From Flammeovirgaceae bacterium (GTDB lineage Bacteria > Bacteroidota > Bacteroidia > Cytophagales > MED-G16): DNA of 46,205 nt. The position numbers and the translations under genes are program-made. Under the pieces are notes generated by a model. The model was not told the origin of the DNA, ran no database searches, and saw nothing but the letters and a program-made list of their open reading frames with translations. The stretch's first letter is position 1. Every line of letters begins with the position of its first letter. Location: the NCBI GenBank assembly GCA_038113315.1, contig JAYNOQ010000003.1, forward strand, positions 1 through 46,205, written 5' to 3'. Below are positions 26,187 through 36,913 of this stretch, piece after piece.

Positions 26187-27771
26187 CAGGCCAACCATCA
26201 AACTGTTTAGAATCTTCTAAACTAACATCTACAAATCGAGGCCAACATTCAAAAGTCACATTATTTTCTGTTTTATTAAATTTTATAATTCCATATCCTG
26301 CACCATTAGAATTACTATCAGGGTTTGCATATGCATGCATTGTGATTTTATTTTCAAATCCATCTTTATACCTTCCTGTCCATGGTAATAAATTATTACC
26401 ATTTAAACCTTTTCTTTCATCTTCAGGCCACCACCATCTACTGTAATAATTATTAATTATTGCAGGAACTACAAATGCCCAAGGTCCATCTTCATATTCT
26501 TTTATTCCGTGATGAATAACTGTTGGAAGGTGCTGATCTCCAGCAATATGAACTGCATTTGCTTCTTTTATCAATTTCAATGCTTTATTTCTCCCTTTTT
26601 GAGGCCATCCATTTGAATCTAAATCTGCATGAAGTCTGTTTTCCTTATTTCCATGTAAATGAGCACCTCCACAAAATCCAGTTTGAGATAAAACTGCTTT
26701 CATCATAAAGTTTTCATTTTTCCCCCATTCCTCGAGAAATTTTAGTTGTCTTTCACCTAATAAAACAAGATTATCTAAATCAATTGAATTTGGATTATAA
26801 TCTGGATTTCTGATATGGTCAGGTCTTGGACCTTGTTGAGGGATTTTTCCGTTTGGTCCAGATTTAAATTTTCTATCTTCTATAATTGCAAAATCAATAC
26901 CTCCAAGTTGTAGATTAGTATAATATACACCTATTCCTTGATCTATAGGAGTGTTATCATATGGATCTGGCAAGTGATTGGTTTGAGCTCTTTCAACCAT
27001 CTTCACATAATCTTTATCATAAAAATAGCCGCCGTCGTTTCCTGCTGGAGATGATGCTATTTTACCATTTTCACCCCATAAGTTTCCCTGGCCAATATCA
27101 TGGTCATCTGGTATCGTGATACATGGTCTATCTCTGAATATTTCTCTGAACTGCATTCCAAATTTTAACCATGCAGCAGTATGCTCTTTATGATCATATG
27201 ACTGATCACCTGCAAAAAATAAAATATCAGGATCTATATGGTTTATATTTTTAATATAGTTATCTCTGTCACCTCTATCTTTATTGCTATTACATGAAAA
27301 AGCAGCCATAGTTATTACTTCTTTATCTAATGGATTTTTTCTAATTAAGCCCTCATATTTAGCATCTTTTCCATGTAAAAGTCTATACCTTACGTCTTTA
27401 GAATCATCCCAATTATCAACTTTAAATGTTGTTGCCCAACCTATTTCATTTATATCTTTTCTTCCTATTTTAATCCAATTGTTACTTTTAAAAATTTCTA
27501 ATACCACTTCTCTACTTTCATTAGGATATAGAGGAAAAAGTTGTGCTGTAAGTTTTAATACATTTTTTGAAACAGTATATATTCCAAAGGCTATAACCTC
27601 ATCTCTCTCAACTTTTAAATTTATAATTGGATTGTTACCTCTATTCCACCAATCATTAGTTGATAATGTATCTAAATTAGAAAAAGGTGATTTTAAATAT
27701 TTTCCTGAATCATTTTCGCAACTTAGATTTAAAGAAAAGAGAAAAATTATTATTAAATATTTTTTGAGCAT
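26167..27771 (-). CDS. PhoD-like / calcineurin-like metallophosphoesterase, lipoprotein
   Basis: 534 aa with a lipoprotein signal (LNLSC). Metallophosphatase-type motifs are FFAGDQSYDH, IPDDHDIG and AGDQHLP. Its 3' end overlaps the convergent sulfatase gene by 20 nt. Confidence 0.55.
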   Translation of the reverse strand: MLKKYLIIIFLFSLNLSCENDSGKYLKSPFSNLDTLSTNDWWNRGNNPIINLKVERDEVIAFGIYTVSKNVLKLTAQLFPLYPNESREVVLEIFKSNNWIKIGRKDINEIGWATTFKVDNWDDSKDVRYRLLHGKDAKYEGLIRKNPLDKEVITMAAFSCNSNKDRGDRDNYIKNINHIDPDILFFAGDQSYDHKEHTAAWLKFGMQFREIFRDRPCITIPDDHDIGQGNLWGENGKIASSPAGNDGGYFYDKDYVKMVERAQTNHLPDPYDNTPIDQGIGVYYTNLQLGGIDFAIIEDRKFKSGPNGKIPQQGPRPDHIRNPDYNPNSIDLDNLVLLGERQLKFLEEWGKNENFMMKAVLSQTGFCGGAHLHGNKENRLHADLDSNGWPQKGRNKALKLIKEANAVHIAGDQHLPTVIHHGIKEYEDGPWAFVVPAIINNYYSRWWWPEDERKGLNGNNLLPWTGRYKDGFENKITMHAYANPDSNSNGAGYGIIKFNKTENNVTFECWPRFVDVSLEDSKQFDGWPVTVFLD

Positions 27772-27835
27772 AAATTCCAGATAATGTTATAAAAAAAAAT
27801 AATTTATTTATTTTAAAAGAAAAAAAACTACACAT

Positions 27836-29068
27836 ATGAAAAAAATTATTCTTTTTATTTCTTTTTTAATTATAAGTTGTAACACTAATAATGAAAAAGA
27901 AAATCCAATTAAATTATTTCAGCAAGACCTTATAGATAAAGGATTAACTGGTTCTAATGTAGCTATGGTTTATCAAGATGGAGAAATAGTTTACAATGAA
28001 ATTGTAAATTCAGGAGCAGTTGGAGATGCTGATATAGATGAAAATACAATTTTTGCGATACATTCAATGTCAAAGACTGTAACAACTGTTGCTATGATGA
28101 TTTTATTAGAACAAAATTTGTATCAATTAGACGATGAACTATCAAAATACTTACCTGAATATTCAAATGTAAACTGTAAAGGGGCAGATGGAGTGTACCC
28201 ATGTAAGAACAAAATTAAAGTAATTGATTTATTAACACATCGTTCCGGTTATACTTATTATGCAAGAAATGGTTCAAATTGGTTATTTAATCTTCATACT
28301 GATTTATATCCTGATTATATTAATACATCTAGATTTGATAATCTTGATAATTTTTCAAAAGCTGTTGCTAAGCAGCCCTTAGACTTTGAACCTGGCACAA
28401 TGTATTCATATGGTCTAAATCAAGCAATTCTTGGGAGATTAATAGAAGTAATTTCTGGAAAAAGTTTTTATGAATTTCTAAAGGAAAATATTTTTGATAA
28501 ACTAGGAATGAATGACACAAAATTTCATTTAACAGATGAGGACAGGTTAAGGTTTCAACCGTTAAGAGTGAATATTAAATTAAGAACACCTTTTAATCAA
28601 ACTGATTATAATCTAGATGGTTATACTGCAGCATTAGACGGCTATTCCTATGATGAGAATAACAAAGCCCATTTTGGAGGAGAGGGACTAGTTTCTACTA
28701 TGAGTGATTTTTCAAAATTTTGTGAGATGTTAGTCAATGGTGGTGTATACGGTAATGAAAGAATAATTACTGAAGAAAGTATTAAAATAATGACTGATAA
28801 GTATACTAATGGTTACCCTGATCCAAATGAGCCTAATGTTTTTCCAGATTATGCTGGTAACTATATTGGGTTCACATTTGTTGTTAATGAGAACCCTGAA
28901 GTTGATGGATCTGGATCAGGAAAAGGTACATACGGATGGTCAGGATATCATAATACTCACTTTTGGATTGATCCATTAAATAAAACTTATGGTTTATTTA
29001 TGTCAAGAGCAATTGAGTTTGATTTTTCAATAAAGAAAAGATTTAAACAAGCATTTTATCTAAAATGA
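27836..29068 (+). CDS. beta-lactamase-fold serine hydrolase, lipoprotein
   Basis: 410 aa with a lipoprotein signal (LIISC). The S-x-x-K motif is HSMSKTV, with a Y-x-N-like region downstream. Confidence 0.7.
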   Translation: MKKIILFISFLIISCNTNNEKENPIKLFQQDLIDKGLTGSNVAMVYQDGEIVYNEIVNSGAVGDADIDENTIFAIHSMSKTVTTVAMMILLEQNLYQLDDELSKYLPEYSNVNCKGADGVYPCKNKIKVIDLLTHRSGYTYYARNGSNWLFNLHTDLYPDYINTSRFDNLDNFSKAVAKQPLDFEPGTMYSYGLNQAILGRLIEVISGKSFYEFLKENIFDKLGMNDTKFHLTDEDRLRFQPLRVNIKLRTPFNQTDYNLDGYTAALDGYSYDENNKAHFGGEGLVSTMSDFSKFCEMLVNGGVYGNERIITEESIKIMTDKYTNGYPDPNEPNVFPDYAGNYIGFTFVVNENPEVDGSGSGKGTYGWSGYHNTHFWIDPLNKTYGLFMSRAIEFDFSIKKRFKQAFYLK

Positions 29069-30741
29069 ATTTAAGAATTACATTTATAAATTATATTGTT
29101 TTCTCTTTTATACTAATTGGTTTTGTTTGCTGTAACGGGAATTATAATGATGAGAAAAAATTTAATGATTTTGTAGAATCTTTTAATAGTAAGTCTGATA
29201 ACCTTAGTTTTAATGTTAATAGGTTAAGTGAAGATGTAATTCTTCAAAAACTTTCTGAGACAAAGGATAAGTTAAAAACTTTAAGAAAAATTGATATTAT
29301 AACACTAGATAAAGAAAGCCAAATAGATTATAAATTTCTTGAAAGTATACTTGTGGGTGAAGAAATTGAGAATGAGGAAATTCAATCTTGGAAAAAAGAT
29401 CCACGAGATTACATGAATTTTAGACAGATTTCTACTACTATAAATGGTCCTAAAAATTGTGAGGAGAAGATTAATTACTTATTAAAATATTTACCTGTTG
29501 TAAAAAGTGATTTGAATTTAGGAGTTTCTCAGCTAGAAAGTTATGTTCCTAGATTTCAAGAGTTAGGCTTGTATATGGCTAAAAATTCGAATTCTATTTT
29601 CATTGATGAAATCAATGATCTATTCGTTTCATGTAATTCATCATCTCAAACTAACAAGAAAACTATTCTTAAACTTTCTTCTGAAATTATAGAAGCTCTC
29701 AATGTTTTTATAAATTTTTTAGAAATTGACCTTCCAAATAAACAAAAATCTTCATTTTCTATAGGAAAAGAAACATATAATAAAATGCTAAAAAATCAAT
29801 TTCTTCTTGACTATACTGATGAGACATTATGGGAGTTTGGATGGAAAGAATTTAATAATACTCTTGATAAGATGGATGAATTAGCAAAAGATATCAATCC
29901 AGATAAGACAACTCAAGAGATATTAGTAGATATCAAAAATGAATATCCTCATCCTGATAGTATGATTCAAGCCCATCAGTATTGGGTAGATAAATCTGGA
30001 GAACATATTAAATCAAATAAACTAATTCCTATTCCATGGAAAGAGAGAGTAAATGTAGTGCCAAGAGAAGAATATCTTAGAAAGACGTCATATTATGGAA
30101 ATTTTTCGAGATCAAGGGGATTAGATGATGAGGGATATTTTACATCAGAATGGAAAATTAACCCATTTGAACATCAGTGGGATCAAAAGACAAAGGATGA
30201 GTATTTGGTAGAACATGATTGGGGGGTGATTCTTGTTACTGCACCTCATGAAACTTATGCTGGTCACCATATCCAGGGATTATATCAGATGCATAATCCA
30301 AAAGAATTAAGAAGAAATAACGGTCTATCATTATTTAGTGAGGGATGGGGTCTTTATAATGAACAACTAATGTTAGAAACAGGTTTCTACCCAAATAAAA
30401 AAATTAAGTTAAGGCAGCTGCAATTAAGATTATGGAGAAATGCTAGGGTAATTTATGATGTTGGTATGCATACTGGTAAATTAAGCTATGAAGACGCTAT
30501 TTCTCTTATGACAGATAAAGTTGGATTCCTAAGATGGGCTGCCCAACTTGAGATAGATTCATCATCTTCAAGACCAGGTTATTTCATTGGTTATTTTATG
30601 GGAATGATTGAAATATTAGAAATGAGAGAAGATTATAGGAAATTAAAAGGTGAGAATTATAGTATTTCTGATTTTCATGAGAAACTTTTAAAAATAGGTA
30701 ATATGCCTCCATCCATCATGAGAGAAGCTCTATTTAATTAG
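29065..30741 (+). CDS. DUF885 family protein (zincin-like fold), lipoprotein
   Basis: 558 aa. The signature HETYAGHHIQ (H-E-x-x-x-G-H-H) and the length are typical of DUF885. An ATGA overlap links it to the upstream serine hydrolase gene. Confidence 0.7.
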   Translation: MNLRITFINYIVFSFILIGFVCCNGNYNDEKKFNDFVESFNSKSDNLSFNVNRLSEDVILQKLSETKDKLKTLRKIDIITLDKESQIDYKFLESILVGEEIENEEIQSWKKDPRDYMNFRQISTTINGPKNCEEKINYLLKYLPVVKSDLNLGVSQLESYVPRFQELGLYMAKNSNSIFIDEINDLFVSCNSSSQTNKKTILKLSSEIIEALNVFINFLEIDLPNKQKSSFSIGKETYNKMLKNQFLLDYTDETLWEFGWKEFNNTLDKMDELAKDINPDKTTQEILVDIKNEYPHPDSMIQAHQYWVDKSGEHIKSNKLIPIPWKERVNVVPREEYLRKTSYYGNFSRSRGLDDEGYFTSEWKINPFEHQWDQKTKDEYLVEHDWGVILVTAPHETYAGHHIQGLYQMHNPKELRRNNGLSLFSEGWGLYNEQLMLETGFYPNKKIKLRQLQLRLWRNARVIYDVGMHTGKLSYEDAISLMTDKVGFLRWAAQLEIDSSSSRPGYFIGYFMGMIEILEMREDYRKLKGENYSISDFHEKLLKIGNMPPSIMREALFN

Positions 30742-30888
30742 AATTAGTTATGGACTATAGAAGAAAACTATTAATTTAGATTCCTAAAAGAATATTTAGA
30801 AGAACTCCAAAGCAAATAACAACTCAGTAGACTTATCTATAATATTGTATTTATTTATATTTATTGAAAAATTAAATTTTAAATCAAA

Positions 30889-31905
30889 ATGAAAAAATAT
30901 ATTTTATCTTTTTTCCTTTTAAGTATTTTATCGTGTGTAAATAATACAAATCAGGAAAATTATACAAGGTTGACTAGAGGTAATGTTCAAATATTTGATG
31001 AGTCTGCAAAAATATTTGTCAATGAAGATTCAAGAATTGAATTACTTGCTGATTCTCTTTTTTTATCAGAGGGTCCTTTATGGATTGAAAGACTAAACTC
31101 TCTTCTTTTTACACAAGTTGCATCAAATAAAGTTTTTAAATGGAATGAAAATGATGGGTTATCAGTTTATTTAGACCCAAGTGGATATACCGGAATTGTA
31201 CCTGCTGAACCAGATGGTTTAGTTGGATCAAATGGAATGGTTCTAAATTCAAATGGAGATTTAATACTAGCTCAACATGGCGATAGAAGGTTAGCAAAAC
31301 TTATTGATTGGGATAACGAAACACCTGAATTTGAAACTTTAGCTGGTAGATATAATGATAAATTATTTAATAGTCCGAATGATTTAGTATATGCTGATAA
31401 TGGTGATTTGTATTTTACAGATCCTCCATATGGTTTTGGTCTTGAAAAATTATTAACGAGTGAACTAAAAGAACAACCTGTCAATGGTGTTTATAAGTTA
31501 ACAAAAACTGGAGAAGTAGTTCTTCTAGTTGAGGATATTTTATTGCCGAATGGTATAGCTATATCAAATGATAACAAAACTTTATATGTTAATAGCTCAG
31601 ATGTGGAGTACCCTATAATTACAAAATTTGATATTACAGAAAATGGTTTAGAAAATAGAGAGGTATTTTTTGATGGTTCAGAATTGATCAAATCTTCAGA
31701 GGGATGGTTTGATGGATTAAAAGTACATTCTTCAGGAAATATATTTTCAACTGGTCCTGGAGGAGTTTTAATTCTTACTCCTGAAGGTAAACATCTGGCA
31801 ACAATTGGAACAACAAGTAATGCTTTAAATTGTGCATTCGGTAATAATGAAGAATATTTATATATAACTGCTTTTGACTATTTAGCAAGAGTAAAGCTTA
31901 ATTAA
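30889..31905 (+). CDS. SMP-30/gluconolactonase/LRE-like six-bladed propeller lactonase, lipoprotein
   Basis: 338 aa with a lipoprotein signal (LSILSC). Motifs LSEGPLW and NSPNDLVYADNGDLYFTDPPYG, plus PNGIAIS, are typical of the family. Confidence 0.75.
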   Translation: MKKYILSFFLLSILSCVNNTNQENYTRLTRGNVQIFDESAKIFVNEDSRIELLADSLFLSEGPLWIERLNSLLFTQVASNKVFKWNENDGLSVYLDPSGYTGIVPAEPDGLVGSNGMVLNSNGDLILAQHGDRRLAKLIDWDNETPEFETLAGRYNDKLFNSPNDLVYADNGDLYFTDPPYGFGLEKLLTSELKEQPVNGVYKLTKTGEVVLLVEDILLPNGIAISNDNKTLYVNSSDVEYPIITKFDITENGLENREVFFDGSELIKSSEGWFDGLKVHSSGNIFSTGPGGVLILTPEGKHLATIGTTSNALNCAFGNNEEYLYITAFDYLARVKLN

Positions 31906-31911
31906 AAAACT

Positions 31912-32367
31912 ATGAGAACAATTTTATTAATTACATATATTATTTTATTTGCATCCTGTGATAATGCAGGAGATAACAATACTTTTAACAGAAATTCTGA
32001 ATTAGATAATATAACTTTTATTATAGATCTGAAAGTAAATGAAGACACAAATGAAGATCTAGATACTTTTATTCAAGAAATAACTGATAAGGTGCTAAAT
32101 ACTGAAGATTTTTGTTTGGAGTATGCGTATTATGTTTCTGAAGATAGAAAATCTGTCACTCTTTATGAAAAATATATAGATAGTAAGTCAGGAGTAATAC
32201 ATGGACAGAATTTTATGTCTGGTCCATTTTTTGATCGATTTTTCAATTTATTTACTCTTGAAAAATTCATAGTCACAGGTCCAGCTACCGATGAATTTAA
32301 AAAATTTACTGCTGAAAATGGATTTGTAATTGAGTACAGAGAGTCAGTTGATGGTTTTATTAGATAA
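31912..32367 (+). CDS. hypothetical lipoprotein (possibly ABM/ferredoxin-like fold)
   Basis: 151 aa with a lipoprotein signal (LFASC). No catalytic motif is recognised. Confidence 0.4.
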   Translation: MRTILLITYIILFASCDNAGDNNTFNRNSELDNITFIIDLKVNEDTNEDLDTFIQEITDKVLNTEDFCLEYAYYVSEDRKSVTLYEKYIDSKSGVIHGQNFMSGPFFDRFFNLFTLEKFIVTGPATDEFKKFTAENGFVIEYRESVDGFIR

Positions 32368-32376
32368 TATGATAAT

Positions 32377-34398
32377 ATGAAATTATTAGTCTTATTTATT
32401 TTCGTTTTATTTCCATTCAATTTAGCTCAATCCCAAGATAGATTTGAAAATTTAGATGTCTTTGAATTACAATATGCAAGAGATCCTCAAATTTCTCCAG
32501 ATGGAAATTATATATTATATGTAAGGACCGAAATGGATATAATGAAAGATGGTAGATCTTCTAGTATTTGGATAATAAATGCTGATGGATCAAATCATCA
32601 AAAATTGACTTCCTCTTCTAGAAATGAAAGTAATCCAAGATGGAGTCCTGATGGTAAAAAAATATCTTTTATATCTAGTTCAGATGATGATAATGGCTCA
32701 GAAATTTTTATTTATTGGGTTGATTCTAAACAGTATTCCTCAATTTCTCAACTTAGTGGTTCTCCCAGATCTATTAAGTGGTCTAATAATGGAAAATATT
32801 TGGGATTTTCAATGTTTGTTCCAGAAAAAACTCTACAATTAGTTTCTCCTCCTAGAAAACCAAAAAATGCAAAATGGGCTGAAAAACCAAGAATAACTGA
32901 AAGATTAAAACATGAAGCTGATGGTTCAGGATATATGAGAGAAGGTTTTACTCATTTATTTTATATTTCTAGTGAGGGCGGGTCACCCAATAAAGTTACA
33001 TCTGAAAAATATAATCATAGATCATTTGAGTGGAATGGTAATTCAAATGGATTTGTATTTTCATCTAATTATAAGGAAGATTGGGAATATGATTTTAGAA
33101 ATTCAGAATTATATAGTATTAATCTCGATGGTAGTGGTTTAAAACAGCTTACTGATAGAATAGGTCCTGATTATGGAGCTGTTATATCTCCTGATGGAAA
33201 TTTAATTGCATACCTTGGGTATGATGATAAAATTCAAACATATCAGACTACCAATTTATATCTAATGGATATCAATGGAGGGAATAAGAGAGAAATTAAA
33301 ACTAATTTAGATAGAAGTATCGCTTCTTTAAAATGGTCAAAAGATGGTAAAAGTTTATTCTTTATGTACGATGATGAAGGAAATACTAATGTTGCATTAA
33401 CGTCATTAAATGGTAAGACAAAAAGCCTAGTTGATAATGTTGGTGGTACAACAATTGGCAGACCATATGGTGGAGGATCTTATTCTATATCAAATAACAA
33501 TAAAATAGTATTTACTTTAACATCTCCTTATCATCCATCAGATATAGCTACTTATGATGGTAAATCTATGAATAGGCTTACTAATTTAAATTATGATCTT
33601 TTGAATAAAAAAGATTTAGGTAAAGTAGAAGAGGTATGGTATAAATCTTCTGTTGACGGAAGGGATATCCAGGGCTGGATTGCAAAACCTCCTAAATTTG
33701 ATTCGAATAAAAAATATCCATTGATAGTAGAAAATCATGGTGGTCCTATAAGTAATTATGGTGCGAGGTTTTCTCCTGAAATTCTTTTATATAGCTCAGC
33801 TGGATATGTAGTTTTTTATCCAAATCCAAGAGGAAGTACAAGCTATGGCGAAGAATTTGGTAATTTATTATATAAAAATTATCCTGGTGATGATTATAAT
33901 GATGTTATGGATGGAGTAGATAAAATGATTGATTTGGGTTATGTAGATGAAGATAATTTATTTGTAACTGGAGGAAGTGCTGGTGGTATCATGACAGCAT
34001 GGATTATTGGAAAAAATAATAGATTTAAAGCCTCAGCAGTCATAAAACCAGTAATGAACTGGATTTCAAAAACATTAGTTGCTGATAATTATTTTGGGTA
34101 TGCTCATTCGAGATATGAAGGGCAGCCTTGGGAAAACTTTAACCATTATTGGAGTTTTTCACCTATATCACTAGTTGGTAATGTTGAAACACCTACAATG
34201 GTAATGGTTGGTTTAGATGACCTTAGAACACCGCCATCAGAGGCGAAACAATTATATCATGCTTTAAAATTAAGGAAAGTAGAAACAGTGTATGTTGAAA
34301 TTCCTGGAGCATCTCATAATATATCAAACAGACCAAGTCAATTAATTACTAAGATTGATCATATCTTATTCTGGTTTAATAAGTATTTAGACAATTAA
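32377..34398 (+). CDS. S9 family serine peptidase (acylaminoacyl-peptidase/dipeptidyl-peptidase-like), secreted
   Basis: 673 aa with a Sec signal. TolB-like propeller repeats (SPDG...) are followed by an alpha/beta hydrolase domain. The nucleophile motif is GGSAGGIM, with DDLRTP and GASHNI downstream. Confidence 0.8.
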   Translation: MKLLVLFIFVLFPFNLAQSQDRFENLDVFELQYARDPQISPDGNYILYVRTEMDIMKDGRSSSIWIINADGSNHQKLTSSSRNESNPRWSPDGKKISFISSSDDDNGSEIFIYWVDSKQYSSISQLSGSPRSIKWSNNGKYLGFSMFVPEKTLQLVSPPRKPKNAKWAEKPRITERLKHEADGSGYMREGFTHLFYISSEGGSPNKVTSEKYNHRSFEWNGNSNGFVFSSNYKEDWEYDFRNSELYSINLDGSGLKQLTDRIGPDYGAVISPDGNLIAYLGYDDKIQTYQTTNLYLMDINGGNKREIKTNLDRSIASLKWSKDGKSLFFMYDDEGNTNVALTSLNGKTKSLVDNVGGTTIGRPYGGGSYSISNNNKIVFTLTSPYHPSDIATYDGKSMNRLTNLNYDLLNKKDLGKVEEVWYKSSVDGRDIQGWIAKPPKFDSNKKYPLIVENHGGPISNYGARFSPEILLYSSAGYVVFYPNPRGSTSYGEEFGNLLYKNYPGDDYNDVMDGVDKMIDLGYVDEDNLFVTGGSAGGIMTAWIIGKNNRFKASAVIKPVMNWISKTLVADNYFGYAHSRYEGQPWENFNHYWSFSPISLVGNVETPTMVMVGLDDLRTPPSEAKQLYHALKLRKVETVYVEIPGASHNISNRPSQLITKIDHILFWFNKYLDN

Positions 34399-34432
34399 AA
34401 TTCATAACTTTAATTAAAATATTTAAACCAGT

Positions 34433-36910
34433 ATGACTACTAAAAAACTCTTAATTTCTCTGATTTTTATATTTTTTTCTAATCAGATTTATTCTCAATC
34501 AAACAATTTCTATTCTTCTTCAAATATTTCCTCTATGTTAGAAAAGTTAGATGTATTTGGTAAAGTCTTATATATAGCTGCTCATCCAGACGATGAAAAT
34601 ACAAGATTAATTGCTTATCTGGCAAATGAAAAAAAATATGAAACTGCTTATTTATCTGCAACAAGAGGAGGTGGAGGTCAAAACTTTTTAGGCACACACT
34701 TGAAAGATAATTTAGGTTTAATAAGAACCCAGGAGCTAATAGAAGCTAGGAAAATTGATGGTGGTAAACAATTCTTTTCTTCAGCTCTTGATTTTGGTTA
34801 TTCAAAAGAACCAGTTGAAACACTTAATTTTTGGAATGAGGAAAAAATATTATCTGATTTTGTATGGATAATTAGAAAATTTAGACCTGATATAATTATT
34901 ACAAGATTTAATCAAACACCATATATAACTCATGGACATCATACTGCATCTGCAATATTAGCTAATAAAGCTTTTAATCTTTCAGGTGATCCAGATGCAT
35001 TCCCCGAACAATTAGATTATGTAAAAGTTTGGAAACCTCAAAGAATATTATGGAATACATCTATTAGATATTTTAATCTTGATGAAGAGGATATTGAAAA
35101 AATGTTAAAGATCGATGTTGGAGTATATAATAATAAAATTGGTAAGTCTTATAATGAAGTTGCATCAGAGAGTCGTTCTATGCACAAAAGTCAAGCTTTT
35201 GGTTCTTTAAGGAGGAGAGGAAGTGAAGTTGAACTAATTGACTATACACAAGGTAAAAGACCTGAAACAGATATAATGGATGGGGTTGATACTTCGTGGG
35301 ATAGAGTGAAGCCAAATGACGCATTAAAAGCATATGTAAAACAAGCAAAAGATTCCTTTGATATAAATCATCCATATAAGATAATAGATTATTTAACTCT
35401 TGCTCATAGAGAATTGAATAGGGTTTTTGATAGAGATTGGAGAGTTATAAAGAAAAATGAAGTTAAAAATTTAATTAAGGCTACATCAGGATTGTTTTTT
35501 GAAGCTTTATCTAATGTCGAATTAGCTTCTCAAGGGGATGAAATAAAGATAAAGTTTGATGTTATAAATAGAAGTCCTTACCCAATCAAATTAGAAAAAA
35601 TTCAATTAAATGAAATTGAAATAGATATAGATGATTCATTAGAATTTAATAAGTTATTAAGTGTAGACAAAGATTTTAAAATACCTTTAAATGCTGAAAT
35701 TTCTGAAAAATATTGGTTAAAAAACACTCCCGAATTTGGAAGTTATAATATAGAAAATCAGACACTAGTTGGTGAACCAGATAATAAGCCAACTTTTGAG
35801 GCTAAATTTATTTTCAGAATTAATGGACAACAAATAACTTATAATTCTCCTGTAAAATATAAAATTAATAGTCCAATTAATGGAGATGAGTATAGACCAT
35901 TCAATATTGGTAATCCTATTTATCTGAATCCAGTTAATAATCTTGAGTATTTTGTGAATACTAATAAAAAACAATTAGAAGTGGAAGTGATATCTGGTAC
36001 AGATAACTTGAATGCAAGGGTATACTTAGATGTTACTGAAGACATTAAAGTTGAGCCAGAATTTTTTGATATAGATTTTAAAAATAAGGATGAAAGAAAA
36101 ATATTAAGATTTGATGTTTCTTTATCTGGAACTAAAAATTCAATTAGTAATATTTCATACAAAGCTAAAATAGACGATAAAGTTTTCTCAAGAGGTAAAC
36201 AAAAAATTATATACTCTCATATATCTCAACAAACTAGATTTCCAAAGTCAGATGTATCATTAATTAAATTTGATTTGAATATTAAAGCAAAAAATATTGC
36301 TTATTTAATGGGATCTGGTGATAAAATCCCTGAGTCTTTGTCTTTAGTTGGATATAATGTTGATATAATTGGAAAAAATGATTTAAATATTGAGAATTTA
36401 AAAAATTATGATGCTTTAATTGTTGGAGTTAGAGCATTTAACTCAGATAAGTCTTTAGTAGATATTAAACCTAATTTAATGAATTATATGAGTTCTGGGG
36501 GTAATGTTATTATTCAGTATAATACTTCTAGAAATCTAGATGTAAATAAATTTTCTCCTTATCCATTTGAATTATCTAGAAATAGAGTTTCTCAAGAAGA
36601 CGCTCCAGTCAGAATAATTAATAAGAAACATCCTGCTTTGAATTATCCTAATAAAATAAATTTAGAAGATTTTAATGGTTGGGTTCAAGAAAGAGGTTTG
36701 TATTTTCCCAATTCTTGGTCTCCAGAATATGAAACAATAATCTCTTCAAATGATGAAGGGGAAAAACCAAATAATGGGGGTATATTAATTTCAAAAGTTG
36801 GTGAGGGATATTTTGTTTATACATCATATTCATGGTTTAGACAGTTACCTGCAGGGGTTAGTGGTGCCTATAAAATATTTTCAAATCTTATTTCGTTAGG
36901 AAAAAAGTAG
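34433..36910 (+). CDS. PIG-L/LmbE family N-acetylglucosaminyl deacetylase, large multidomain form, secreted
   Basis: 825 aa with a Sec signal. The AAHPDDENTRLI zinc-binding signature of the LmbE/PIG-L family is present. The C-terminal ~200 aa resemble a class-I glutamine-amidotransferase-like (ThuA-like) domain. Confidence 0.7.
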   Translation: MTTKKLLISLIFIFFSNQIYSQSNNFYSSSNISSMLEKLDVFGKVLYIAAHPDDENTRLIAYLANEKKYETAYLSATRGGGGQNFLGTHLKDNLGLIRTQELIEARKIDGGKQFFSSALDFGYSKEPVETLNFWNEEKILSDFVWIIRKFRPDIIITRFNQTPYITHGHHTASAILANKAFNLSGDPDAFPEQLDYVKVWKPQRILWNTSIRYFNLDEEDIEKMLKIDVGVYNNKIGKSYNEVASESRSMHKSQAFGSLRRRGSEVELIDYTQGKRPETDIMDGVDTSWDRVKPNDALKAYVKQAKDSFDINHPYKIIDYLTLAHRELNRVFDRDWRVIKKNEVKNLIKATSGLFFEALSNVELASQGDEIKIKFDVINRSPYPIKLEKIQLNEIEIDIDDSLEFNKLLSVDKDFKIPLNAEISEKYWLKNTPEFGSYNIENQTLVGEPDNKPTFEAKFIFRINGQQITYNSPVKYKINSPINGDEYRPFNIGNPIYLNPVNNLEYFVNTNKKQLEVEVISGTDNLNARVYLDVTEDIKVEPEFFDIDFKNKDERKILRFDVSLSGTKNSISNISYKAKIDDKVFSRGKQKIIYSHISQQTRFPKSDVSLIKFDLNIKAKNIAYLMGSGDKIPESLSLVGYNVDIIGKNDLNIENLKNYDALIVGVRAFNSDKSLVDIKPNLMNYMSSGGNVIIQYNTSRNLDVNKFSPYPFELSRNRVSQEDAPVRIINKKHPALNYPNKINLEDFNGWVQERGLYFPNSWSPEYETIISSNDEGEKPNNGGILISKVGEGYFVYTSYSWFRQLPAGVSGAYKIFSNLISLGKK

Positions 36911-36913
36911 AAT

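Noticed and set aside
27284-27784. 166-aa ORF antisense to the PhoD-like gene, plus the other nested ORFs in the track (1301..1483, 4844..5098, 8079..8261, 10317..10529, 12460..12642, 14692..15082, 15347..15854, 16311..16697, 20019..20207, 22756..22974, 25520..25786, 26523..26708, 31272..31691, 32163..32420, 32624..32842, 35178..36162, 40612..40806, 41160..41342, 45139..45339)
   Set aside because: All lie wholly inside longer ORFs that have clear family motifs. Their translations are low-complexity (Ile/Leu/Phe/Ser/Lys-rich) with no recognisable domain. Long spurious frames are expected in AT-rich DNA opposite real genes.
18728-29068. Three beta-lactamase-fold genes as antibiotic-resistance determinants
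   Set aside because: The motifs deviate from true beta-lactamases (KDG instead of KTG, no clear omega-loop E-x-x-L-N). The context is a set of exported scavenging hydrolases. The generic serine hydrolase call is the supportable one.
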